A DNA stretch of 64,000 nt from Candidatus Zhuqueibacterota bacterium (GCA_049322915.1 JBMOPW010000012.1:32001-96000), one strand, 5' to 3'. Shown: positions 1 through 10,774, counted from the stretch's first letter. Numbers and translations: made by a program. The notes: generated by a model from the letters alone, not told the origin.

Positions 1-780
1 CCTGGCTGTGGCTTTAATGTAACGTATGCCCTCGGACTGAAACGCGATCTCCCGTTTGCCGCACAACCCGGGATTTTCAATATAGTCAATGTCAATGCCA
101 TCGGCATTATTCGTCTCCCAGGAAATCAGCAGCGGTCGGCCCACCTGGGCTGAATCCGGCGCTGTCAGGACTAGTTCGGGCAGCGCCGGATCTTTCACCT
201 TTTCCAATTGAAGATTCTTCACAACCACAATATCCACGCCCACTTCCACTGCCAGATACACCATCTTGAATCCCGGTTTTTCTGATTTCAGAAAATAACC
301 GCCTGGCTCCAACACATACGCTTTTTCCCGTTCATAGAACAAATCGAGGATTTCGCTCCGGTTGTTCGTCAGATAGGTGACGGCCGAATCCTCATTGACG
401 GTAATCAGCAACTGCCCCATATTCATCGGGATTTTCTCCAGCAGGGCTTCTAGAAAAACCAGCTTATCCGCTTCCACAGCCACGCTTTCACTATACAGCC
501 CATAGCCGCTTTTCTGAACTCTCACTGCACATCGTCCCACCTGCACATCTTCTTTTGAAAAAGGCGTATAGCCCATGAATTGTGAATTGACAAATACCTC
601 GGCGCTGTCCACTTTCTCCCCATTCTTGTCCGCGGCAGCGATGACAAGCTTCCCAAAGACTTCGCCCGGTTTCACGTCATCCTCTTCCGGATTCGTCGGC
701 AGCGGTGCTTTGCTGCATCCCCAATTGAACAGCGTCAAAAAAATCATCCCAACAAACACACTCACCCTGATGCTCAGCAT
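1..780 (-). CDS. PEGA-domain lipoprotein (runs off the left window edge)
   Basis: Not in the ORF track. Manual translation from ATG 780 (RBS GGAGGG): MLSIRVSVFVGMIFLTLFNWGC-SKAPLPTNPEE... has a lipobox-like Cys, then PEGA-like AEVFVNSQFMGYTP...VRVQKSGY; open to position 1. Confidence 0.7.
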   Translation of the reverse strand, partial: MLSIRVSVFVGMIFLTLFNWGCSKAPLPTNPEEDDVKPGEVFGKLVIAAADKNGEKVDSAEVFVNSQFMGYTPFSKEDVQVGRCAVRVQKSGYGLYSESVAVEADKLVFLEALLEKIPMNMGQLLITVNEDSAVTYLTNNRSEILDLFYEREKAYVLEPGGYFLKSEKPGFKMVYLAVEVGVDIVVVKNLQLEKVKDPALPELVLTAPDSAQVGRPLLISWETNNADGIDIDYIENPGLCGKREIAFQSEGIRYIKATAR

Positions 781-797
781 GGTATACCCCTCCCTGG

Positions 798-1805
798 TCA
801 ATTCATCAAAAATTTGAAATTCGTATTAATCATCAATCCACTCACCCATCGCTCCGGTTCAATCAACGTGCTCATTCGGGCGATGGAATAACCGACATAG
901 CCTTCGATGAATTTCCATTTGATCGAAGGACCGGCAGTCACTCCCAGAACCTTCATCGTCCACTCATCGGTCCTGGACAGGAATTCCCAGCCGGAAAACA
1001 GCCCGGACTTTATCTCAAATATCTCCTGCGGGAACAGCGCCATAGTGCCCATAATCAGTGCATCGCCGCGATCGCCGAATTCTGCCGGCTTGCTCCACGG
1101 CGTAAATCCGCCCTCGAACTCGAACGCCCAATATTTGCGCTTCAACGCGATTCCGATGCTGGGCACAGCCAGATCGTACCCTTGGCCGCCTGCCCAGGCC
1201 AGCATGCCGGTTTTGATCTCCCAATCATAACTCTCTGAGGACACGGTATTGTCGATTTGAATTCTGCCGTTCAACCCCAGCGAGTTCAGACTGTCACGGA
1301 TGGCTGCCAGCTGGTCGAGTTGACTCCGATTCCAGTCCGCCAATATATTCGCCAATGAATCGTTCATCGCCTGAAGCTGCTGAATATCCCGCTCCAGTTT
1401 GAAGAGGTCCGGCTTCTTCGGGCTCCACACCACCTTCACACCGCGAATGGGTTCATCGGTCACGCCAATCTCTCCCCAACCATACCGTTCCCGCAATCGG
1501 CTGGCGCGTTCCAATTTTTTCGCCTGATCCAGCGCCAGAGAAATCGCTTCATTCCTGTCCAGCGCTTTCCAACGCAGGGTATCTGCGCCGCCCAGAAAAA
1601 TCACTTCGATGTCGGTTCGCTGCATGAGTTTATCCAGCGCTTCGAGCGACAGATTGTCCAGCGACTCGTCCGCAGGATTGCCGCTTCCCGGACTATACGT
1701 CCTGATCCATATCGATCCGGCGTCCTGGCCAATGAGCGCACCGGGTAAAAGTAGCAACATCAGTATTCCGATCCACATCGTTTTCATTGAGTTCCCCATC
1801 ATCAC
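798..1805 (-). CDS. Secreted/outer-membrane protein, coiled coil plus C-terminal beta-barrel-like region
   Basis: Signal peptide, heptad segment, amphipathic beta-strands ending ...INTNFKFLMN; 17 bp upstream of the PEGA gene. Confidence 0.6.
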   Translation of the reverse strand: MMMGNSMKTMWIGILMLLLLPGALIGQDAGSIWIRTYSPGSGNPADESLDNLSLEALDKLMQRTDIEVIFLGGADTLRWKALDRNEAISLALDQAKKLERASRLRERYGWGEIGVTDEPIRGVKVVWSPKKPDLFKLERDIQQLQAMNDSLANILADWNRSQLDQLAAIRDSLNSLGLNGRIQIDNTVSSESYDWEIKTGMLAWAGGQGYDLAVPSIGIALKRKYWAFEFEGGFTPWSKPAEFGDRGDALIMGTMALFPQEIFEIKSGLFSGWEFLSRTDEWTMKVLGVTAGPSIKWKFIEGYVGYSIARMSTLIEPERWVSGLMINTNFKFLMN

Positions 1806-2653
1806 ATCCTCATCTTTTTGCTGTGTCGATTTTGAGTTACAAGACCAACGTGATTTGATTTCATCTGTTTTACGAATTTACTATTATTTCAGCTATTGAT
1901 GGTTGTTGTCTAATGTATTTGCAACTTTAATGCCATGATAAACGACACGACTCCGCCCCTTGAAAAATAGAGAATTACAGCCAATTGACCTGACAAAAAA
2001 GGCATTGAGCATCTTACATTTTTGTATTTTGGTGAAACAGGTGTTATAGAAACGTACGCCTGAGTGAGAACGTGGCGATGGAACAACCCGCACTCAATCT
2101 GACGTTGTCCAGCGAAATCTCCGCCCAAATATTGATGAGGCATAAACAGCTTGATTTCTCTCAACATCAATTGAAAAAACGGTGATTATTCAGGCATGAA
2201 TTCTTGCCTCTAAGTCACCAGGTCACGAAGTTACACGAAGATGGCAATGTCAATTTCAATTTCATTTTCATTCCCGGGTCGATTCGAAGAAGCCTTAAAA
2301 GGTTTTGCTACGTTGGGTATGATAACTTTTCCACGTCATCAATGACGTGGCAATTCATTGAAAAAGTTAAAAGTCAGGCACCTTGAATAGCCCTGCCTTT
2401 TAAGTCGGGGACTGTGAAATTCAATTTCATTTTTAAAACCAAATTCAGCTTTCCAGCATCGATAATGTCAGATGTCTCTTTTTCTTCGCGTCTTCGAGAC
2501 TTGGAGGCTGATACGCTTCAAAAAATGAAGACGGATCCTTCCGCACGCATACCAAAGAACCACACACCAGCGGGACACGGGAACAGTCTTTCCCTCTGTT
2601 CGTTATACTTTCTGACATTGTCCCGGAGATTAATCACAAGCTGGAAAGCCACT

Positions 2654-3655
2654 ATGCCGGAAATGCACCGCATTAAGGAATTCATTGATCAGGCCACCCA
2701 ATCGATTCAGGCGCAGGGCGCGCTCTGGTCTCGCTTCATTCTTCTTTCGGAGCGCGATGGTTCTGCGGCTGAATTGAAACGCCGGCTGATCGCATCCCCG
2801 GAGATTCAGGCTGTCGTTCGGAGTCTGGCGGACGCCGAACATGGCCTTGCCTCGCTCTCCCGGCGTCCTGCTGATTTTTTCAACTATCACAGCTTTTACT
2901 GGCAACTTCGCTTTTTGGCAGATGTTGGATTGGCAGCCGACGAACTGGGGATCCTTCCGTGTATTCATCGGCTAGAATTGGACCAGCAAGAGGATGGCCA
3001 ATTTTCCCTGAGCTACATTGCAAAGAAACAGCTCTCCATCCAGTTGGTCTGCGTGACGGCGCACGTGACTTACTGCCTGATCAGATTGGGACTGGCCCGG
3101 GGACGGACCGTGGCAGCGGCCGTGAACTACTTCCTCTCAACGCAGCGCCGCGATGGCGGTTGGCATTGCGATCGCTCCCGCCAAAATGGGGAGGCCGAGG
3201 CTGATTTGCCCAGTTGTCCGGCCGCGACGATTCACGTGCTGAAAGCGCTGGGAAGCCTTCCGCAGCGACCAGCCATGCTGCGCACTTCCGGGCTTGATAT
3301 GTGCTTTGATTACTTCAACGAACCGGACCGGAATCTGTGCGAATACAGCGCCGAAGACGGCATTGCGCTCACGAAACTGCGCTATCCCCCCCATTTTTCC
3401 GGTCTGGACGTGTTGAACCTGCTGGACACTGCGACGCTGTTCGCTGAACCTGCCTATGCGACGCCAATCGACGCACTCATCGGATCCATCCTGAATCAAT
3501 GGGACGGCGCAGGTTGGCTCATCTCGCAGAAAAAAATCCCTGCCTGGACGGGTTTTGATTTCGGACGAAGCGGCCAAAAATCATCCTGGCTCACCAGTCT
3601 CGCCGTACGGGCAATGCAACGGGCCGTTGAATCAGAAGAAGCCCGGCGCCGATGA
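2654..3655 (+). CDS. Prenyltransferase/squalene-cyclase-repeat-like (alpha/alpha barrel) protein
   Basis: QW-like motif LSTQRRDGGWHC and C-terminal G..SSWLT.LA; ATG 2654 preferred over the ORF start at 2414. Confidence 0.55.
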   Translation: MPEMHRIKEFIDQATQSIQAQGALWSRFILLSERDGSAAELKRRLIASPEIQAVVRSLADAEHGLASLSRRPADFFNYHSFYWQLRFLADVGLAADELGILPCIHRLELDQQEDGQFSLSYIAKKQLSIQLVCVTAHVTYCLIRLGLARGRTVAAAVNYFLSTQRRDGGWHCDRSRQNGEAEADLPSCPAATIHVLKALGSLPQRPAMLRTSGLDMCFDYFNEPDRNLCEYSAEDGIALTKLRYPPHFSGLDVLNLLDTATLFAEPAYATPIDALIGSILNQWDGAGWLISQKKIPAWTGFDFGRSGQKSSWLTSLAVRAMQRAVESEEARRR

Positions 3656-3912
3656 CGAATTTTCACCTCGCTCAGGGCTTATTTTCAAAGGACAAATTCA
3701 AGGTGAAAACCTGGACCAAAAGCACACGTTCGAAGGCATCCTTCTGAAAATTCCAAAATGATCATCAGCCCTTCTTCGTGGTCTTCGCGCCCTTCGTTTT
3801 GAGAGAGCATCTGCGATTCCATAATCATAATTTCCAGCAAATTTTTTTGTAAATTACGCTATTCGCGATTTGATGATAGCCAGGGCAAGGCCTGCTAAGT
3901 CCTATTTTTCAC

Positions 3913-3940
3913 TTGACATTCTTAGAATTATTCCTATATT
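3913..3940 (+). promoter_or_regulatory. sigma70-type promoter
   Basis: TTGACA-N16-TATATT upstream of the 4084 gene. Confidence 0.55.
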
Positions 3941-4083
3941 ATGGATAAAAAAAATTCAACAATCGGTGAAGACGCTGTGCTCCTGGATGAAGTGGCCAGG
4001 CCATTGTTCTTCTCCTGCCATTCATTTCACTCGGTTCGGTTTCCGTTGCGATTCATTCATTAACCATTGGGGAGTGGAAATTC

Positions 4084-4743
4084 ATGGTTCTGCTTGGTGG
4101 ATTAAGCATTGTCGTCAGTGTGATTGGTCTGTACCTGCTGCTGTTCTCCTCGTTCAAATCCAACGACACGCCGCAAATGACCAGTAACATCATCATCAAG
4201 GCATCGAGGAAAATCAGGATGCATCGCGAGAAAAAAAGCGATGAGGAGCCGGACGCTGATAAACCGAATCCTCAGTTCATCCTGATCCTGGAGACAATTG
4301 TCCTGGGCGAACTTGTCGGGCTTTTTTTTCTGTGGCTCACGGACGATCCTCTGAAATATTCAGTGATACTTTTCAATGGCGTCACGTACCTGATCGCCTC
4401 GTTTCTCTGCTCCATTCTGACCCTGTTCAACGCCTGGCTGAAAAAGAAAATGCATCACATCTTCCGCATCGTGATGCAAATCGTCACCCTGGTCATTGGC
4501 ATTTTGCTGTTCAATTTTTCATCGGAAGAAGATGTCGTCATTCCGGCCGATTACATCACCGCGACCTATTATGCATTCTACATCACCGTTGTGGTGGCCT
4601 TGCTCACCATGCTGTTCAATGTGGTGCGCGGGAACAAAGAAGAGGAAGTTGAATTTAATTACAACAATTACCTGCTGCTGGTCATCGTCTCAGGTCTGGT
4701 CATTGGGGCGAGTTTGCATCTGGCACAAGTCCTTGTGAGCTGA
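4084..4743 (+). CDS. Hypothetical multi-pass membrane protein
   Basis: 219 aa, about 6 hydrophobic segments, GGGGAG RBS. Confidence 0.7.
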   Translation: MVLLGGLSIVVSVIGLYLLLFSSFKSNDTPQMTSNIIIKASRKIRMHREKKSDEEPDADKPNPQFILILETIVLGELVGLFFLWLTDDPLKYSVILFNGVTYLIASFLCSILTLFNAWLKKKMHHIFRIVMQIVTLVIGILLFNFSSEEDVVIPADYITATYYAFYITVVVALLTMLFNVVRGNKEEEVEFNYNNYLLLVIVSGLVIGASLHLAQVLVS

Positions 4744-4852
4744 CCGACGGCGCAGGCGTTTTTGATTATCACTCCGGCGCGCGGAAACACCGCGGCCAGG
4801 GTGCTTGTTTAATCCGCTGTTCAATATCTCAAATTTTTCGAAAGGACATCTT

Positions 4853-5659
4853 ATGAAAACACTCACCATCAGGATAGTGGCGCTGGCAATCATTCTCATG
4901 GCCATTGCCGGAAGCGCATCCCATGGGTTCGCTCAAAAGCAGTTTGAAGGATACTGGGAACAGGACGCCATCCGTCCGGCCATGCCGTTCAATACAAAGT
5001 CCACGACCACGGAGAAGGAAAAGACCTTCTATAAAACAGGTAAATTCAAGATCGAAAATCTGACCACCGGCTTGATCATTATTTTCCGGTTCGATAAAGA
5101 AGTCATGTGGACCGTGGATACCAAAAAGAAAACCTACACGGAAATGACCTTTGCCCAAATGGAAGCCATGAAAAATTCCATGGCCTCTTCCATGCAGGAA
5201 CAGATGAAAAATATGTCCGATGAACAAAAACAGATGATGGAAAAAATGATGGGCAAAAAATTCAAGTCCATGATGACCGGCGATCCGGCCGATCTGGAAA
5301 TTCAGGTCACCAAAACAGGCAAGTCAAAGACCCTGCTGGGTTACTCGTGCGACGAAGTGCTTCTCAAACTGAACGAAGAACCGATGATGGAAATGTGGAT
5401 CACCAACAAATTCCGCATGGGACAGGAGTACCTGGATCTGTACAAAAAAATGGGATTCATGAAAGGCGAATATACCGACGAAGTGAAGAAGATTCAGGGG
5501 ATACCATTGGCTTCGAAAACGACGATCGACGCCGGCATGGGCAAAATGGAAGTCAGCACCACAGTCACCAAAATCGTTGAGCAGTCGGTGCCGAACAGCG
5601 AATTTGATCTGCCCGCCGGCCTGAAGAAGACCGAACATCCCGGCATGAATATCAAGTAA
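4853..5659 (+). CDS. DUF4412-like secreted protein
   Basis: Signal peptide; TGKSKTLLGYSCDEV, EMWIT, GIPL and SEFDLPAG motifs typical of DUF4412. Confidence 0.7.
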   Translation: MKTLTIRIVALAIILMAIAGSASHGFAQKQFEGYWEQDAIRPAMPFNTKSTTTEKEKTFYKTGKFKIENLTTGLIIIFRFDKEVMWTVDTKKKTYTEMTFAQMEAMKNSMASSMQEQMKNMSDEQKQMMEKMMGKKFKSMMTGDPADLEIQVTKTGKSKTLLGYSCDEVLLKLNEEPMMEMWITNKFRMGQEYLDLYKKMGFMKGEYTDEVKKIQGIPLASKTTIDAGMGKMEVSTTVTKIVEQSVPNSEFDLPAGLKKTEHPGMNIK

Positions 5660-6137
5660 ATTGACGCGTAATACCATTTTAACTTTTATGTGGCATCGAT
5701 AGGTGGCTGTTCCGTATCATCGCTGAATATCAGCCACGAAGACGCGAAGCCGCCAAGAGAGTAAAATACAAACAACGTGTACCGAATAATTCCTCTTGTT
5801 GAATTCATTTTCGGTAATGAATTACTAACTGCTCGAGGCAGGCTTGGTGTCCTGGCGCCTTTGAGGCAAATAAATGATGCAATGAAGATTTCCAGATGCA
5901 AAATTCATCGGTATGCCACTCAAAGGTTAACATGATATATGATATCTCTGTTACTGCGCAGTCAAATCAACTTTATACCTGAGTGCGACGCCTTTTTGGA
6001 ATCAGATTCCATGATAGCTGGTACAATATGTTTGAAAATATGCGATCATAATTCTTACATTGATTTAGCGTAAAATATTTGATATTTTCAGATATAATTT
6101 AAGGCGTTCAACACGGATTTTTATTCGGGAATTCATT

Positions 6138-6395
6138 ATGCCAACAATATTATTAATAATGGGATGGCGATTCTATTTTTATGCGAACGAAAGAAATGAA
6201 CCAATTCACATTCATTGTAGAAAAGCTGATAAGGAATGTAAATACTGGATTGACACAGAGAATTTTAACATTGATGAAGCATATAGTCATAACATGAATA
6301 ATAAAGATAAACGTCAAGTAAAAAAAATAATATTTGAATATTTTGAATTTATCGAAAGTGAATGGGATAAATTCCAAAAGGAAAAAGAACAATGA
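6138..6395 (+). CDS. DUF4160-family protein (putative toxin-antitoxin component)
   Basis: MPTI...GWRFYFYANE.NEPIHIH...KYW signature; AT-rich. Confidence 0.85.
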   Translation: MPTILLIMGWRFYFYANERNEPIHIHCRKADKECKYWIDTENFNIDEAYSHNMNNKDKRQVKKIIFEYFEFIESEWDKFQKEKEQ

Positions 6396-6655
6396 AAAGA
6401 ATTCATCATGTTCAGAAAATTATATTCAAAGAAGATAGGATGTATTTAACAGTGGACGATAAAGACTATGTATTTCAAATTGAAAAAATTTCTAAACGAT
6501 TGTTAAATGCAACCGAAATTGAGAGGGAAAAATTTGAAATATCACCATCCGGATATGGGATACATTGGCCGTTAATTGATGAAGATTTATCAATTGATGG
6601 ATTGCTTGGAATAAAACATATTCCCTTTCAGAAAAACGAAATAGCTATTATGTAG
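6392..6655 (+). CDS. DUF2442-family protein (partner of DUF4160)
   Basis: RLLNAT..ER..FEIS..GYGIHWPLIDEDLSIDGLL signature; ATGA overlap with the DUF4160 gene. Confidence 0.85.
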   Translation: MKRIHHVQKIIFKEDRMYLTVDDKDYVFQIEKISKRLLNATEIEREKFEISPSGYGIHWPLIDEDLSIDGLLGIKHIPFQKNEIAIM

Positions 6656-6929
6656 AAATTTTAACCGTTTATAAACATTAGTAGTATCCGCTCAATAATT
6701 GATTGCATCAGTAATAATACTTTGGTCAATATCCTCCCATTCGAAAGCAGGGACATCGACGGAATGAAGAGCTTGCCATTCAGCGGTTCCATTTATTGAG
6801 TGGATACCATTATCATTGCAAATGAGTATTTTGAAATCAAAACTAAATTGTACCAACGAGTCCGAAATACCGGGATATACAAAAGGATGGTATAGCGTCA
6901 GTATTTCTAAGATTGGACTAAAACCTTAT

Positions 6930-6984
6930 CACAATGAAAATTCAGCCGGCGCAGAAAACGCGCGGCTGACAGGCGCGTTGAAGG
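6930..6984 (+). repeat. Degenerate short attC-like site
   Basis: TCAGCCG-G-CGC-agaaaac-GCG-CGGCTGA hairpin with one bulged base, then caggcgc and core GTTGAAG (6977); the R'' AAC is degenerate. Confidence 0.5.
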
Positions 6985-7003
6985 ACGTTAGCAGAGAAGT
7001 AGT

Positions 7004-7405
7004 GTGAAGACGGGACAGAAGCCATTGAAAGGGCCACTAAGAATTTTGCTGTTTGTCCTGGGTTCGCTTTGTGTGGCTTTGGGCGTGCTTGGCATGTTCT
7101 TGCCAGTGTTGCCCACTACTCCCTTTCTGCTGCTGGCCGCCATCTGCTTCGCCCGCAGTTCGGAAAAGTCATATCATTGGCTAATGACCAACCGCTGGTG
7201 TGGAAAGTACATCAGTAACTATCGGGAAGGCAGAGGCATACCCCTCAAACAGAAGATAATCACCATCTTTTTTTTGTGGGTAACAATCGGGTCTACCGCC
7301 TGGTTTGCCATTTCGCAATGGTGGCTACGTTGGGTACTGCTTGGAATTGCTGCAAGCGTTACGATTCATCTGGTGAAGATGAAGACAAACAAATCGAAGC
7401 CATAG
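7004..7405 (+). CDS. ybaN: YbaN/DUF454 family inner membrane protein
   Basis: LGVLGMFLPVLPTTPFLLLAAICFARSS signature. Confidence 0.9.
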   Translation: MKTGQKPLKGPLRILLFVLGSLCVALGVLGMFLPVLPTTPFLLLAAICFARSSEKSYHWLMTNRWCGKYISNYREGRGIPLKQKIITIFFLWVTIGSTAWFAISQWWLRWVLLGIAASVTIHLVKMKTNKSKP

Positions 7406-7771
7406 CCTGGTCCCTCGCTCCGGGAAAATGACTCATCTGAACAAGTAGCTTCAGAACCTTCAACAGGCATTTTTGAACGACAGACGCAGCGATGCCGGCA
7501 GAGGTTGAAAGCGTAGGGTCAAGCCTACCCAAAGCACCTGCAGACGACCGCCTGATCAAGAGTCCTGTTGTGCAGGAATCGTTTTGTGTCGTAGCTGCAG
7601 GTGTCTAATACAAACGATTAGCACTCGCTCCATTTATAATTTTTTTTCAGAAGCTATCATTACCCATTTTAACTGAGCAGATTTTTCTAGTACCAATTTT
7701 CTCAACGACACGAGGGGCAGCGTCAACTCGATGCTGCTTCTTTTTTTCGACAGCAGGTCATTTTATAATCG

Positions 7772-9280
7772 ATGAAATTTTCTCCCAAACATTCCTTGAC
7801 GGATTCTGAACTTCAGGCTGGTTTGCGCTTCGTTGTCTACGATGGACTGGCATCCCAGGCCATGATCACTTTGACCAGCGGTGTTTTTCTGGTGGATTTT
7901 GCGCTTCAATTGGGCGCTTCGAATACCATCATCGGCTTGTTAGCTGCAATTCCGCCAATCACGCAACTGATCCAGATACCATCGGTTTATCTGGTGGAGC
8001 ATTATCAGAACCGCCGCAAAATTGCGGTCTATTCCGCGGCGCTGAGCCGGTTCTTTCTGCTGCTCATGGCGCTCATTCCGTTTTTTTTCAAATCAAATCT
8101 GGCGCTGGCCATGTTGTCCGGCGCCCTCATCGGCCATACCTCGTTGAATGCAGTGCTGGTGTGCTCGTGGAATTCCTGGATGCGCGACCTGGTGCCGCAG
8201 GACATTCTGGGCTCGTTCTTCTCCAAGCGCATCGCCTTTTCGCTGATCCCGGCGATCACGCTCAGCCTGGCAGCCGGCTTTTTCATTGACAACTGGAATG
8301 CCTTCTTCCCCGGGGACATTATTTTCAGCTATTCGGTTCTGTTCATTCTGGGCTTTGTCGCCGGCATGATCGGCGCAGCCATCATCGCTCGGATCCCGGA
8401 GCCGCTCATGGCCCGGTCGAAACAAAAACCCCAACTCTCCAAACTCATCAAGCAGCCTTTCAGGGATAAAAATTTCAAAAACCTGATCATATTTCTGGGC
8501 GCATGGAATTTCGCTGTCAATCTGGCGGCCCCGTTTTTCACCGTGTACATGCTAAAAAACCTCGAACTGGAGATGTCCTTTGTCATCGGATTTACCGTGG
8601 TGAGTCAACTGGCAAACATGGGGTTTTTGAGGGTATGGGGAAAATTGTCGGATCGCTTCAGCAACAAGCCGCTGCTGGCGCTGAGCGGAATCACGTTCAT
8701 TCTGTGCATTCTGGGATGGACATTCACGACCATGCCGGATAAGCACCAGTTCACCCTGCCGTTGCTCGCGGTGCTGCACATTTTTATGGGAATCGCCACG
8801 GCCGGCGTGGGACTGGCAGGCGGCAACATCGGACTGAAATTAGCGCCGCGCGGAAAAGCGACGTCCTACCTGGCGGCTAATAGCTTCATCAACTCGCTGG
8901 CTGCTGGAATCGCGCCGATTATTGGCGGCGGTTTCGTGGATTTCTTTGAGAAGCGGGAATTGTCCTGGACGCTCAAATGGACCAGCCCCGAAGGAATACT
9001 ATCGATCCAGACGCTGAATCTGCGCGGCTTCGACTTCTTCTTCTTCCTCGCTTTTCTCATCGGGCTTTATTCATTGCACAGGCTGGCGTTTGTCCGCGAA
9101 GTCGGCGAAGTCAGGGAGAAGGTCATTATCGAAGAAATTTTTGCCGGCGCCACCCGGCGGGTGCGCAATCTATCCTCGGTCGGCGGACTGCGGTATCTGG
9201 CTCAGCTCCCCACAACGCTATTCAAAAGCCGAACCCGGCAGGACGGCTCGAAAAAGAGACCCGGGCGCTCCACAAAGTGA
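7772..9280 (+). CDS. MFS transporter
   Basis: About 12 TM segments, WGKLSDRFSNK loop motif. Confidence 0.85.
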   Translation: MKFSPKHSLTDSELQAGLRFVVYDGLASQAMITLTSGVFLVDFALQLGASNTIIGLLAAIPPITQLIQIPSVYLVEHYQNRRKIAVYSAALSRFFLLLMALIPFFFKSNLALAMLSGALIGHTSLNAVLVCSWNSWMRDLVPQDILGSFFSKRIAFSLIPAITLSLAAGFFIDNWNAFFPGDIIFSYSVLFILGFVAGMIGAAIIARIPEPLMARSKQKPQLSKLIKQPFRDKNFKNLIIFLGAWNFAVNLAAPFFTVYMLKNLELEMSFVIGFTVVSQLANMGFLRVWGKLSDRFSNKPLLALSGITFILCILGWTFTTMPDKHQFTLPLLAVLHIFMGIATAGVGLAGGNIGLKLAPRGKATSYLAANSFINSLAAGIAPIIGGGFVDFFEKRELSWTLKWTSPEGILSIQTLNLRGFDFFFFLAFLIGLYSLHRLAFVREVGEVREKVIIEEIFAGATRRVRNLSSVGGLRYLAQLPTTLFKSRTRQDGSKKRPGRSTK

Positions 9281-9366
9281 GGCGATGGCCGGGCGCATGG
9301 GACGATAGGGAAAGACGTCGGACCGCTTTCGCCGCCGCGGTCGTTCGATCCCGGTAGCGTCGCCTG

Positions 9367-10296
9367 TCAGGCAGCCAGCAATTTCTCCACATCCGACCGC
9401 GTGGGCATCGATGGCTGAGCGCCCATTTTGGTCACAGACAGCGCCGCAACGGCGTTGGCAAATCGCACGGCTGAGGGCAACTTCTGCCCTTCAGCCAGGG
9501 CCACCGCCAGCCCGGCATTGAACGCGTCGCCGGCAGCCGTGGTGTCCACCGCCTTCATTTTCCATGTCGGAACTTCTCCGCTCTCGTCCGCGGATTGGAA
9601 GAACGCTCCCTGTTCGCCCAGCGTGAGCACAACTGTCCCAACACCCTTTCGCCGGAGCGCCTCCGCGATTGCGGTCAACTGCATCGCCGGCAGCGACGTC
9701 ATGGCCGCGGCTTCTGTCTCGTTCGGCGTGATGACTGAAATAGCGCCGAAAAAATCCTGCGGCAGTTCGTGCGCCGGCGCCGGATTGAGAATGACCGCTG
9801 CATTGGCGCGTCGGCCCGTCTTGAGAATGTACCCCACGGTCTCCAGCGGAATTTCCAATTGGATGAGAATGACGTCCGAGGTCTCCAGAGCAGGCCTCAG
9901 TTTTTCAAGATCAGAGACCGTCAACCGGGCGTTTGCCCCGGGCACGACGACGATTCGGTTCTGTCCGCGTTCGTCCACTTCAATCAGCGCCACGCCGGTG
10001 GGCGCCTGTTCATCCTGCAGAATGAAATCCGGCGCAATGCCATACCGGAGCTGATTTTCGCGCGCCTGTTGGCCGAACTGGTCAGCTCCGATTTTCGTGA
10101 TGAACCGTACGTCTCCGCCCAATCGGGCAACTCCCACAGCCTGATTGGCGCCTTTGCCGCCGTGGAAAATCTGAAACGCCTCGCCGATCACGGTCTCCCC
10201 CGTTGCCGGGAGCCGCTTTGCCTTTGCCACCAGATCGATGTTGGTGCTGCCAATGACGGTTATCTTCGACACTCGAATTGCTCCTTCTCTTTTCAA
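9367..10296 (-). CDS. rbsK: Ribokinase
   Basis: GGKGANQA, NPAPA, TPNETEA and DTTAAGDAFN motifs. Confidence 0.92.
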   Translation of the reverse strand: MKREGAIRVSKITVIGSTNIDLVAKAKRLPATGETVIGEAFQIFHGGKGANQAVGVARLGGDVRFITKIGADQFGQQARENQLRYGIAPDFILQDEQAPTGVALIEVDERGQNRIVVVPGANARLTVSDLEKLRPALETSDVILIQLEIPLETVGYILKTGRRANAAVILNPAPAHELPQDFFGAISVITPNETEAAAMTSLPAMQLTAIAEALRRKGVGTVVLTLGEQGAFFQSADESGEVPTWKMKAVDTTAAGDAFNAGLAVALAEGQKLPSAVRFANAVAALSVTKMGAQPSMPTRSDVEKLLAA

Positions 10297-10774
10297 CCTG
10301 GTTCTGAAATATCAGGCGCCCCCATGGATAAAAAAACCTCCTGGTCTGTTTTGAAAAAGTCGACGCCGCTCACCGCGCTGGCGCTGTCTTTATTTCAAAA
10401 ATCACTCCCGGAGGTTACTCGGATTTACAAATGAGAATCCACCCCATTATTTTGTTTCTGTCTGTAAATTTCAAGTGAAAAGTGTACCATTGTATTAATT
10501 GAAAAGTATACCAGTGGATTAACAATGTGCCCAATACTCACTGTATTGGATACGGGCACTACACCTGGGAGGCGAAGGGGAACATCTGTTCTCCCTCGCC
10601 TGTTAAGCACCCATATCTTTTCTAACGCAGAGGTCGCAGAGACCGCAGAGGTACGCAGCATTTTGGTATTGAAAAAAAGCAACTACTCAGGTTTCAAGGT
10701 TTATGGTTTCGGGTTAAAGAGAATTTTCGTCGCTATCCAGGCATGTAGTCTTGCCACGAAGTTTCGAACAGACG

